Part shown: piece after piece, positions 49,244 through 57,325 of the stretch
Layout of the letters: each line of letters opens with the position of its first letter
Numbering within the stretch: the first letter of the stretch is position 1
Source of the DNA: Dehalococcoidia bacterium
Lineage (GTDB): Bacteria; Chloroflexota; Dehalococcoidia; Dehalococcoidales; JAUYDJ01
Assembly: GCA_020353235.1 (NCBI GenBank)
Contig: CP070693.1
Location: forward strand, 836,844 to 900,843
Reading direction: 5' to 3'
DNA length: 64,000 nucleotides
Translations under genes and position numbers: made by a program
Notes under the pieces: model-generated
Told to the model about the DNA's origin: nothing
Seen by the model: only the letters and a program-made list of their open reading frames with translations
Databases searched by the model: none

Positions 49244-50083
49244 ATGGCAGTAAAAATAGTCACCGACAGCAGTGCTGATTTAAGTCCTCAGCAAATTGAG
49301 GAGCTAGGGATTACTGTGGTGCCACTATATGTGCGTTTCGGGGATGAAGTATTACGTGACCAGATAGATATCACCGCCGATGAGTTTTACCAAAGGTTAC
49401 AGCATGACCCCATTCACCCCAGCACCACTCAGCCCACCCCACAGGACTTTGCCAATGCCTATCAGAAGGTAGCTCCGGAAGCGGATGGTATTGTTTCAGT
49501 CCACCTCTCGGCTAAGTTGAGCGGCACCTGTAATTCGGCAATTCAGGGCCAGAATATGACCGCCGGGAAGTGCCCGATTGAGGTGATTGACTCAGAAACA
49601 CTGACCATGGGTCTGGGCATTATATGTATTGCCGCGGCTAAAGTGGCTAATGCCGGGGGGAGCATGGAGAAGGTGGTGGATGAGGTAAAAAAGATGATTC
49701 CTCGGATACATCTGCTCTTTACTCTTGATACCCTCAAATACCTGGCTCTCGGCGGGCGTATCGGTAAGGCGAAAGCGCTACTGGGCTCGGTGTTGAATGT
49801 GAAACCGATACTGGCCATTAAAGACGGGGAGGTATTGCCGGGGGGTCAAGTCCGCAGCCGTTCTAAAAGTATAGACCGGTTGGTTGAGTTTGCCCAGGGT
49901 GCGAAAAATATTCAGGATTTAGCCGTCATATATAACACCACTCCCGATGAGGCACAGGCGCTGGTTGAGCGTGCAGCCTCCTTCTTTACTAAAGGGAAGA
50001 TTATGACGGTCAGATTGGGCCCGATGTTGGGGGTACATGCCGGTCCGAGGGCACTGGCGGTGGCCTATTCCGAAAAAGAATAA
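49244..50083 (+). CDS. DegV family fatty-acid-binding protein
   Basis: The start is trimmed to MAVKIVTDSSADL; the track ORF has a 23-aa leader. The pattern is typical of DegV, including SAKLSGT. Confidence 0.85.
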   Translation: MAVKIVTDSSADLSPQQIEELGITVVPLYVRFGDEVLRDQIDITADEFYQRLQHDPIHPSTTQPTPQDFANAYQKVAPEADGIVSVHLSAKLSGTCNSAIQGQNMTAGKCPIEVIDSETLTMGLGIICIAAAKVANAGGSMEKVVDEVKKMIPRIHLLFTLDTLKYLALGGRIGKAKALLGSVLNVKPILAIKDGEVLPGGQVRSRSKSIDRLVEFAQGAKNIQDLAVIYNTTPDEAQALVERAASFFTKGKIMTVRLGPMLGVHAGPRALAVAYSEKE

Positions 50084-50100
50084 GCTGAGATTATCTCAGC
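50084..50100. terminator. Perfect 7-bp hairpin between convergent genes (possible bidirectional terminator)
   Basis: GCTGAGA-TTA-TCTCAGC lies immediately after the DegV stop codon. The U tracts are weak on both strands. Confidence 0.35.
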
Positions 50101-50130
50101 CTACTTTAAGGTCTCCAGTAGCGGCGATAG

Positions 50131-50394
50131 CTACGACTGATAGCTTATAACTAACTCCGCCCCTTCGGCATCAAGGGTTACTCCCTTGAGATTCTGGGCC
50201 AGGTTGGCTTCCACGACCAGAACGGTGGTGCCCTCATGTTTCACCAGTCTATCACCGGGCATCTCTATGTCTATGCCTAAGCCTAGCTTGCCTTGGCCCC
50301 GGTCCATGAGCCGCAGGCGCCCCTGTGGCATATCTATGTGAGCATTAAGCAATTTTCTTAATGCCTGTTTGGCTGGCTTGGTAACATTTATCAT
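50131..50394 (-). CDS. Hypothetical small protein (possible IscA/HesB-like fold but lacking the Cys ligands)
   Basis: 87 aa. INVTKPAKQALRKLL...RLRLM...LGLGIDIEMPGDRLVKHEGTTVLVV loosely resembles the HesB/IscA layout. No conserved cysteines are present. Confidence 0.35.
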   Translation of the reverse strand: MINVTKPAKQALRKLLNAHIDMPQGRLRLMDRGQGKLGLGIDIEMPGDRLVKHEGTTVLVVEANLAQNLKGVTLDAEGAELVISYQS

Positions 50395-50610
50395 TTTGTC
50401 TTATCCGGCATTAAGGCTTACGCCTTTTCACCGTAGCTATTTTAACATGAAATACAACCACTGTGTATATTACTTTAGTCGCATTACTGACGATGCCAGA
50501 ACTAGTAACCGCTGCAATGGCTTGACTAATTATTCACCTACTTAAGTTTAACATAAATTGTCAGGTCAAGCAAATTGTTGGGTTGTCGGGTGGGTAGGGA
50601 GTCACAGTTG

Positions 50611-50898
50611 TTAAGTATCCTCAGTTGAGTCTTCTTCAATTGCCTCGGGCGCTTCTGCAGTTTCCTCAGCAGAGAGCGGCTCTTCTTTTACTTCAGCCTT
50701 AGCAAGCCTCACTTTGACTGCCGCTGGACGACCATCTCGCCCCTGGCCCTTCTCAAACTCTACTTCCTGCCCTTCCCTAAGGCTATTAAATTCCACTCCT
50801 TCAAGCTCGTTGCGATGGAAGAAGAGGTCTGTGCCCTCCGCTGTCTGGATGAAACCAAACCCTCGGTCTGTGAGTCGTCTGATTGTTCCCTTAGCCAT
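50611..50898 (-). CDS. Cold-shock domain protein with acidic C-terminal extension
   Basis: The start is trimmed to MAKGTIRRLTDRGFGFI (ATG at 50898, with AAGGAG upstream). RNP1-like GFGFI is present. The tail is EEPLSAEETAEAPEAIEEDSTEDT. Confidence 0.8.
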   Translation of the reverse strand: MAKGTIRRLTDRGFGFIQTAEGTDLFFHRNELEGVEFNSLREGQEVEFEKGQGRDGRPAAVKVRLAKAEVKEEPLSAEETAEAPEAIEEDSTEDT

Positions 50899-50920
50899 AT
50901 GATACTCCTTTTTGAACTTG

Positions 50921-50949
50921 AGTTTAGTCCTAGTTAACGGGTTTGTCAA
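50921..50949 (-). promoter_or_regulatory. Candidate promoter of the cold-shock-domain gene
   Basis: On the minus strand: TTGACA, a 17-nt spacer and TAAACT, about 25 nt upstream of the start codon. Confidence 0.4.
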
Positions 50950-51077
50950 TAAAACCCCCACGAACCCCATTGAAGGTGATATAGAGTAGTATAATTAAGG
51001 TGGGTTTAGATTTGTAAAAAGGGGGCTAATTAGCTATAAAACACTGCCTACTTTCTACACGCTCTAAAAAAGGACTA

Positions 51078-51707
51078 TTAACCCCTTGCTTTCCTGAATA
51101 GCACAGCCAGCAGAATGACGGGGACAATGAATGTAATAGTCCACAGACCAGCGATATTGACAAGTTCTGGCCAATATATTTGCAGGAGAATGGGAAATAC
51201 TAAAATCCCGTTCGCGATGAAGAGGTAACGAATCCAGCGTTGTAGCTTACCATCTGTGAAGGCGAAAGCTACAAATAATGTTGCTAGGCTCTGGAATCCG
51301 TATCCGAGAACATCAATTGCGAATAAGAAAGAGCCGTGTTCGAAAATTAGCACCGCAATTTCTTCTGTTTGACCGCGTATCATATTTGGTATTGCTATCC
51401 CAAGTTGGACGTAGTAAGCGATACATACCAGAACTGCGTATATTATGGCAAACGAGAGTCCAGTAAGGCTCCAGATTTTGCGTTCATCCCGAACGAATTG
51501 GTGTATGCTGACCATGAGAACAACAAACGACGGAGCCAGAAAAAGCGATGGAGTCATAAGCCATGTTAGTTCCCAATGCTTTGCTGGAGTAAAAAATAAC
51601 ATAGAGATAATCTGGGGAGTAATAAACCCTATGCTGAATAGCGCTGTTAGAATAGCCGCCCAGAACCCAAGTCGGGATACTGATTTTTTATTAATATTAG
51701 CCACCAA
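51078..51707 (-). CDS. Polytopic membrane protein (about 6 TM segments), function unknown
   Basis: 209 aa and strongly hydrophobic, with regularly spaced TM-length segments. GC is visibly lower and codons are more A/T-ending than in neighbouring genes. Confidence 0.6.
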   Translation of the reverse strand: MVANINKKSVSRLGFWAAILTALFSIGFITPQIISMLFFTPAKHWELTWLMTPSLFLAPSFVVLMVSIHQFVRDERKIWSLTGLSFAIIYAVLVCIAYYVQLGIAIPNMIRGQTEEIAVLIFEHGSFLFAIDVLGYGFQSLATLFVAFAFTDGKLQRWIRYLFIANGILVFPILLQIYWPELVNIAGLWTITFIVPVILLAVLFRKARG

Positions 51708-52055
51708 TCCTACCCTTTCTAGTTTAGCGTTGTATTAACAATCAAAAGGTTTGCTAGTGCCTTAATTAACCTAGACGGACTCAGCTATCCCCTTTCGAAC
51801 AGCAGGTAGTGGATAATATTTGTCCCATAACCTGTAGCCTGATAGGTATGTAGATGCCATCCCTCCATAATGTGCTTCTGTATCACCTCAGCAATTTTAT
51901 TGTGATGGTTTACTTGAACACACTTATATTCCTTCATCGTGTCTCTAACTCCTTTTTAGATAATAAACCCAGACTGATTATACCACCGGCTTTAAATATC
52001 AAATTAAGTAGAGGACTGCTAGTCCCTTGGTCTTCTACGGCTCTAAATGAAAAAG

Positions 52056-52127
<72 letters not shown>

Positions 52128-52255
52128 ACGAAGGTTTATTGTAGCTAATCATAGTCTCAGTGTCAAGGAATCTATGCTTGCGGTTCTCTATGGTAATAAG
52201 TCTGCCAATAGCCGCTGTTTGTCAGAAAACTTGGGTTGAACCGCAGTCGGTTGAT

Positions 52256-53845
52256 TCAATGCCAGAAAGTCTGCGTCAGGTTTAGTATCGCTATGGCGGG
52301 TTTGACTAATATCTCTCTAACTAATGTTCTTAGCAATTCATTCTCGGCGATGAATTCAGCTATCGGTGGGCTAACCGCATAGTACCCGGCTACAATCTGG
52401 GCGCCCCAGTAGTTGGGCAATAAAACTCTATCCCGGAAGTCTCTCAGGACGCCTATTTCCGGTGCGGTGTCAGTCCCGTAGGCGGCGGTGGCGATAAAAC
52501 AGCCTTCATCTTCCTCAGGTTCTGGTGCTGGCTCTGTTGCTGGTGCTGGCTCTACAGCCGGCGCTGACTCCGGTGCTGGTGCCGCCTCTGGTTCCTCAGC
52601 TGGCTCTTCGGTAGTAGCTGTGGCTACCACGGTAATATAATTAGTGGAAGTGGTGGCCATGTTCCATACATTATCGTAGCCTCTGGCCTTACAGGTAATC
52701 TCACCCGCCGGGTAGGGGCCCCCGATGTAGATGCAGCGGGAGCCAAGGCAGGTCTTTACTAGGGAGCTGTTGACCCATATCTGTAAACCTCCGATGCCGC
52801 TGGCATCTTTAGCGTAGGCAGTAAAGGTGATGTTATCCGTGATAGTGGGGTTTATCGGTGAATAGGTCATGCTCACAAAGGGTGGTGTGGTATCCTGGGC
52901 CGCCTTTTCCACGATAAGGTAGAGGGTATCGGTTGATTGCTCATTGCCCAATTTATCCCAGGCCCTGACCTTATAGGTAACCATACCCACCGAGTAGGGC
53001 CCGATTACATAGGTGCAGGGGGAAATGGTACAGGTCACCGGCACCACAGCGCCGGTGACCCATAGTTGTACACCTCCGATGCCGCTAGCATCTTCCGCGG
53101 TGACCGTAAAGGTGAGTATATCATCGCTGGTGGGATTCATGGGAGAATAGGTTATACTTATTGAGGGTGGGGTGGTATCTTCAAAAATCGGCTTTTCAAC
53201 GTTAAGGTAGAGGGTACCGGTTAATTGCTCATTACCCGCTTTATCTCGTGCCTTGGCCTGATAAGTAACCTTACCCTGAGGGTAAGGTCCCCCGGTGTAG
53301 GTGCAGTAGGCGGTGGTGCACATCCTTACCCACTCGTCGTTGACACGTATCCAGACGGTGTCGATGCCGCTAGCATCTTCCGCGGTGGCGGTAAAGGTAA
53401 TCCTGTCATCGGTGGTGGGATTCGTTGGCGAATAGGTTATGTTCACCGAGGGTGGGGTGGTATCCTGGGGGGTCTCTCCGACGGTAAGGTAGAGGGTGTA
53501 AGTGGATTGCTCATTACCCGCTTTATCCCGTGCCTTGGCCTGATAAGTAATCGTGCCCTCAGGGTAAGGTCCCCCAGTGTAGGTGCAGTAGTCACCAGAG
53601 CAGCTCTTTACCCAATCGCCGTTGACACGTATCCAGATGATATGGATGCCACTGGCATCCTCAGCATAGGCAGTAAAGGTAATCTTGTCCACTGCCGTCG
53701 GATTTGGCGGGGTATAGAATATGCTTACCGTGGGCGGTATGGTATCATCCGCGGATACTATGCTGGTGGGCACTATCATTGAGATGGCAAATACCAGCAT
53801 TAGTGCCATCACAACGGTAATAATCTTTTTACTACCTGTGCCCAT
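52256..53845 (-). CDS. Secreted/cell-surface protein: signal peptide, four Ig-like repeats of about 95 aa, Pro/Ala/Glu linker, C-terminal CFIATAAYG-box domain
   Basis: 529 aa. The N-terminal signal-like segment is KKIITVVMALMLVFAISMIVPTSIVSA. Four units begin D(D/T)T(I/P)PP. The linker is TTEEPAEEPEAAPAPESAPAVEPAPATEPAPEPEEDEG, followed by CFIATAAYGTDTAPEIGVLRDFRDRVLL. Confidence 0.8.
   Translation of the reverse strand: MGTGSKKIITVVMALMLVFAISMIVPTSIVSADDTIPPTVSIFYTPPNPTAVDKITFTAYAEDASGIHIIWIRVNGDWVKSCSGDYCTYTGGPYPEGTITYQAKARDKAGNEQSTYTLYLTVGETPQDTTPPSVNITYSPTNPTTDDRITFTATAEDASGIDTVWIRVNDEWVRMCTTAYCTYTGGPYPQGKVTYQAKARDKAGNEQLTGTLYLNVEKPIFEDTTPPSISITYSPMNPTSDDILTFTVTAEDASGIGGVQLWVTGAVVPVTCTISPCTYVIGPYSVGMVTYKVRAWDKLGNEQSTDTLYLIVEKAAQDTTPPFVSMTYSPINPTITDNITFTAYAKDASGIGGLQIWVNSSLVKTCLGSRCIYIGGPYPAGEITCKARGYDNVWNMATTSTNYITVVATATTEEPAEEPEAAPAPESAPAVEPAPATEPAPEPEEDEGCFIATAAYGTDTAPEIGVLRDFRDRVLLPNYWGAQIVAGYYAVSPPIAEFIAENELLRTLVREILVKPAIAILNLTQTFWH
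52610..53749 (-). repeat. Four in-frame tandem repeats of about 285 bp (coding)
   Basis: Each unit has the pattern DTTPPxVxITYSPxNPTxxDxITFTAxAEDASGIxxxWIxVN...C....C.YxGGPYPxGxxTYxAKARDKAGNEQxTxTLYLxV. The fourth copy is the most diverged. Confidence 0.85.
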
Positions 53846-53899
53846 GTCCTTCCCTTTAGCGAAAACAACCCAAATAAAGCTATCTTACGAAACGATTTG

Positions 53900-53928
53900 A
53901 GTCTAGCCCTATGGAGTGGGGTTGTCAA
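53900..53928 (-). promoter_or_regulatory. Candidate promoter of the surface-protein gene
   Basis: On the minus strand: TTGACA, a 17-nt spacer and TAGACT. Confidence 0.4.
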
Positions 53929-53995
53929 TATTTGGCGTAAAGGGGCAAATTACGGGGAATTTTTAGCTTGCGGCGGGGCAGGATTCGACCATTCA

Positions 53996-54118
53996 TTAGC
54001 CAAGGACAGTGTTTACGAATAAACCAATGGCAAAACCAGCGGCGATTACTTCTACGAAGAACAGGATAGCGAGAAGCAATATTATTCTGGCTAAGGCATT
54101 GGCTATTTCTTGCTGCAT
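53996..54118 (-). CDS. Candidate 40-aa hydrophobic micro-protein
   Basis: Below the track size cutoff. The sequence is MQQEIANALARIILLLAILFFVEVIAAGFAIGLFVNTVLG, preceded by GGAGGGCGAG directly upstream of the ATG. Confidence 0.4.
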   Translation of the reverse strand: MQQEIANALARIILLLAILFFVEVIAAGFAIGLFVNTVLG

Positions 54119-54232
54119 CTCGCCCTCCTTATTCCAATTTATTCCGGTATGCGGTTTATAGTTTATTTAAGCTCTCTTTGGGTTGAAAAACAATCACCCG
54201 TTTATATGATTGTTGTCGCCGAAAAGAGTGAT

Positions 54233-55312
54233 TTAGCCCCTTTTCAGGACATGGACAGCGGTAGCCTTGAAGGTGGCATAAAGCGGTTTGTCTTTGGTCA
54301 GGTCCATTTCCTGGGCGGACTGGGTGGTGACCACGGTGATTAAGGAGAAACCGCAGTCTATCTCAATCCGGGTGAGCGCCCCGACCGTGGTCAGCCGGGT
54401 TATTCGGCCCCGAAACGAGTTTCGGGCGCTGCTCGGCGCCGATGATGGGGACAGGGTAATATCTTCGGGGCGGATACAGGCGTAGACCCTGGCTCCAGCC
54501 GGGTAATCGGAGAGCGCTTCGATAGATTTGCCGTTAATATCTAGGCTAACCAAGCCGGCTTCGCTGGCAGCAACCACCCCGTCGATGATGTTTTCCATGC
54601 CGACAAACCGGGCAACCTCCTTGTTTTCCGGCGAGGTGAAGAGCTCGGTTGCCGCCCCGATCTGGTGGACTTCGCCGTTTATCAGCACACCCATCCGGTC
54701 AGCCAGCCGTTGCCCCTGGGCGATATCGTGGGTGGCCATTATTATGGTGGTGTTGTGCTGCTGGATAATATCGCTGACCAGCTCCTCAATTCTGGCGGTG
54801 GAGTTCGGGTCGAGGTTTGCTGTCGGCTCATCAAGCAACAGCAGCTCTGGTTCGGTGGCGATTGCCCGGGCGATGGCTACTCTCTGGGCTTCACCACCGG
54901 ACAGGGTGCGGGCGTTTCTATCCTTACCATTGGAGAGGCCGACCATGTCCAGAATACGGTGGACTCTCTGCTGAAGGCTGCTTCTGGCTAAGCCCCGCCA
55001 TTTTAGACCATAGGCGATATTGTCATACACGCTGGTGTTGAAGACCACCGGTTTCTGCAGAACGAAGGACATTCGGCGGCGTATCTTCAGCCTCAGCTTG
55101 TCGGAGCGACTAGCTTCCAGCCCGTCAAAATAGATACTGCCCGAGGCCGGCGTATCCAAGAGGTCCAGCAGACGCAGCAAAGTGGTCTTACCGGCACCAG
55201 TCGGGCCGATGAGGGCAAAGACCTCACCCCGTGCCACCTCCAGGTTGATGTCTTTCAGGATATCTCGGTCTTCATATCTCTGGCATAAAGCCACTGTTTT
55301 AACTAAAGACAT
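54233..55312 (-). CDS. tupC: ABC transporter ATP-binding protein with C-terminal TOBE/Mop-like domain (tungstate/molybdate type)
   Basis: 359 aa with Walker A GPTGAGKTT, signature LSGGEAQR and Walker B LLLLDEP. The C-terminal half is an oxyanion-binding-like beta domain. Confidence 0.75.
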   Translation of the reverse strand: MSLVKTVALCQRYEDRDILKDINLEVARGEVFALIGPTGAGKTTLLRLLDLLDTPASGSIYFDGLEASRSDKLRLKIRRRMSFVLQKPVVFNTSVYDNIAYGLKWRGLARSSLQQRVHRILDMVGLSNGKDRNARTLSGGEAQRVAIARAIATEPELLLLDEPTANLDPNSTARIEELVSDIIQQHNTTIIMATHDIAQGQRLADRMGVLINGEVHQIGAATELFTSPENKEVARFVGMENIIDGVVAASEAGLVSLDINGKSIEALSDYPAGARVYACIRPEDITLSPSSAPSSARNSFRGRITRLTTVGALTRIEIDCGFSLITVVTTQSAQEMDLTKDKPLYATFKATAVHVLKRG

Positions 55313-55314
55313 AT

Positions 55315-55998
55315 TTACCTCTGCTGAATACGGTTCAGGACGAGGTTAACGAGTAGGGCAATAGTGATAAGAATTATGCCCAGGGCGATGGACAGTTCCA
55401 GGTCGCCCTTAGATGTTTCCAGGGATATGGCAGTGGTGATGACCCGGGTGAAGCCCTTGATGTTGCCGCCGACCATAAGCGCCACGCCCACCTCGGATAT
55501 AGCGCGGCCAAAGCCCATAATAACCGCCGCCACAACGGCAAACCTTGCCTCTCGGAGAACAACGGTTGCCGTCTGGAGCTGGCTGGCACCGAGGGAACGA
55601 GCCGTATCGGGAATTGCCTTATCAATGCCGCTGAGGGCGGAGATGGTCAGGCCGAGCAGTATTGGGGTAATCAGTATCATTTGGCCAATTACCATAACCG
55701 TCGGCGTGAACAGCAGGTTCAGCCCGCCCATCGGCCCTGCCCGGGAGAAGAGGATAAAAACGAAAAGCCCGATGGCGACAGTAGGGATACTGAAGAAGGT
55801 CTGAATCAAATTGATTAAAGCCCGCTTGCCGGGGAAATGGCTGAAATAGATGAGGCTGGCCAGCGGCAGGCAAATCAGCGAAGCCAGCACGGTTGCCGCC
55901 ACTGAAATCTGGAGCGACCGGCCAGCTATCTCCATCACCTCCGGGTCAAGGGAGATGATGAGCTCGATGGCTTTAATCAGCCCGTGCCATAGTTCCAT
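55315..55998 (-). CDS. tupB: ABC transporter permease (tungstate/molybdate type)
   Basis: 227 aa with about 5-6 TM segments and an EAA-like loop region (ARSLGASQLQTATVVLREARF). Confidence 0.75.
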   Translation of the reverse strand: MELWHGLIKAIELIISLDPEVMEIAGRSLQISVAATVLASLICLPLASLIYFSHFPGKRALINLIQTFFSIPTVAIGLFVFILFSRAGPMGGLNLLFTPTVMVIGQMILITPILLGLTISALSGIDKAIPDTARSLGASQLQTATVVLREARFAVVAAVIMGFGRAISEVGVALMVGGNIKGFTRVITTAISLETSKGDLELSIALGIILITIALLVNLVLNRIQQR

Positions 55999-56009
55999 AC
56001 TATGCTAGC

Positions 56010-56141
56010 CTACTTCTTGGGGCGAATCTCATACCTGCCCTCGCAGGCAATCTGGTCACCGCAGTTAGGGCAGAACTTCCAGTCTGATCTTATCTCGTAA
56101 CCACACTTCTTGCACTTGACCACCATAGCGATAACTGGCAT
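56010..56141 (-). CDS. Candidate 43-aa zinc-ribbon micro-protein inside the transporter operon
   Basis: Not in the track. The sequence is MPVIAMVVKCKKCGYEIRSDWKFCPNCGDQIACEGRYEIRPKK, with an AGGAGGTG RBS 4 nt upstream of the ATG. It fills the tupA-tupB gap exactly. The track ORF 56065..56277 is in a different frame. Confidence 0.55.
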   Translation of the reverse strand: MPVIAMVVKCKKCGYEIRSDWKFCPNCGDQIACEGRYEIRPKK

Positions 56142-56170
56142 ATGGCACCTCCTTTAATTTTAGTAGTTTA

Positions 56171-57043
56171 TTATTTCGGCTCCGCCCCGGCACAGGGGGT
56201 GAAAAGCTGCCTTCCGTACTCTTCAACCCCGTAGCTGCCGATAAGCTCCTGTATCTGGGGCGAAGTGAGAAAAGCAATCAGATTATGAGCCATATCAACT
56301 TTCGTTTTGGGGTTCGCTGCCGGATTTACTGCAATTGCCGAGTAGACATTGAGCAGTATATCACCCTTATCTACTATCGGTACCAACTCCAGCTTGCCCT
56401 TATAGGCAAGGTAAGTGCCCATATCAGTCAGGGTATAGGCCTGTTTTTCACTGGCCATCATCAGTGTTGGCCCCATGCCGCTGCCGGCTTCAATATACCA
56501 GCTGCCCGCCTTTCTGACCGCTTCATAGGCATAACCGGCAGCCTGCCATATTTTCTTCTCTTTAGCGTGTGTTCCCGAATCATCACCCCGGGAAACAAAG
56601 CTCGCTTTAGCTGAATCCATTAGCCTCTGGAGAGCTTCCTCCGGGCTCAAACCCTTGATGCCGGCCGGGTCAGCCGGCGGGCCCAAGATGAGGAAATAGT
56701 TGTAGGCAAAGGGGACTCGCTCGACCCCGTAGCCCTCAGCGATGAATTCCTCCTCACGGGCTTTGGAATGCACGGTGATAACATCCACATCCCCTCGTAT
56801 CCCGTACTCCAGAGCCTTGCCGGTGCCGGCATACATAACATCCAGCTCAACGTTGTATTTTTGCTCAAACATAGGCTCAAGGTATCCCCAGAGACCGGTA
56901 TCGTAGAGGCTGGTGGTGGTCGCCACGCGCAATCTCGGCTGGGGCGGCATTGCTTCGGCTCCCGGGGCAGCGCAGCCTAAACTGCTCAGCAACAGGCTGG
57001 CAAGCACCAATATAACTAACGAATAAAGAAATGTCTTTTTCAA
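56171..57043 (-). CDS. tupA: Tungstate-type ABC substrate-binding lipoprotein (TupA-like)
   Basis: 290 aa with a TTG start. The lipoprotein signal is LLLSSLGC. RVATTTSLYDTGL matches the TTTS motif I associate with TupA-type binding proteins. Confidence 0.7.
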   Translation of the reverse strand: MKKTFLYSLVILVLASLLLSSLGCAAPGAEAMPPQPRLRVATTTSLYDTGLWGYLEPMFEQKYNVELDVMYAGTGKALEYGIRGDVDVITVHSKAREEEFIAEGYGVERVPFAYNYFLILGPPADPAGIKGLSPEEALQRLMDSAKASFVSRGDDSGTHAKEKKIWQAAGYAYEAVRKAGSWYIEAGSGMGPTLMMASEKQAYTLTDMGTYLAYKGKLELVPIVDKGDILLNVYSAIAVNPAANPKTKVDMAHNLIAFLTSPQIQELIGSYGVEEYGRQLFTPCAGAEPK

Positions 57044-57071
57044 TGTTTCATCTTTCTAATTTTAGCTGCCG

Positions 57072-57100
57072 ATAATAGAAAAGCACCTCAAGGAGGTGCT
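57072..57100 (-). terminator. Intrinsic terminator forming the expression platform of the riboswitch
   Basis: Minus-strand AGCACCUC-CUU-GAGGUGCU is a perfect 8-bp stem, followed by UUUCUAUUAU. It sits between the aptamer and the tupA start. Confidence 0.7.
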
Positions 57101-57120
57101 CGGCATAATAAATGCACTGC

Positions 57121-57222
57121 CAGCTCTCCTTTCCAAACACGGGAGGCAATGCCGTTTCCAGTATTACCCTTTCGGCCAATCTCCATAGCGTTGCCTTCAG
57201 GAGAATTGGCTCGGAGAGGTAT
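57121..57222 (-). promoter_or_regulatory. Molybdenum/tungsten cofactor (Moco RNA motif) riboswitch aptamer
   Basis: The minus-strand RNA is CCUCUCCGAGCCAAUUCUCC...GGAGAUUGGCCGAAAGGGUAAUACUGGAAACGGCAUUGCCUCCCGUGUUUGGAAAGGAGAG. It has the conserved UCCGAGCC, GGCC, GCCUCCC and GGAAAGGAG blocks. P1 is closed by CUCUCC/GGAGAG. Confidence 0.75.
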
Positions 57223-57235
57223 TTAATTTAAACCC

Positions 57236-57263
57236 ATTTTATCATATCTTGGCTAAAGGTCAA
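57236..57263 (-). promoter_or_regulatory. Candidate promoter driving the riboswitch-tup operon
   Basis: On the minus strand: TTGACC, a 16-nt spacer and TAAAAT, about 15-20 nt upstream of the aptamer. Confidence 0.4.
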
Positions 57264-57325
57264 GCTATTCTGGAAGGGACTTGGGCAGGTGTGCTAAAAT
57301 CGGACGGTGGAAAGGAGACAAAAGG

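Noticed and set aside
53225-53782. 185-aa plus-strand ORF
   Set aside because: It is antisense to the four-repeat surface-protein gene. It is repetitive only because the sense strand is.
56065-56277. 70-aa minus-strand ORF in the supplied track
   Set aside because: It overlaps the tupA 3' end, has no RBS, and is in a different frame from the RBS-preceded 43-aa zinc-ribbon ORF that fits the gap exactly.
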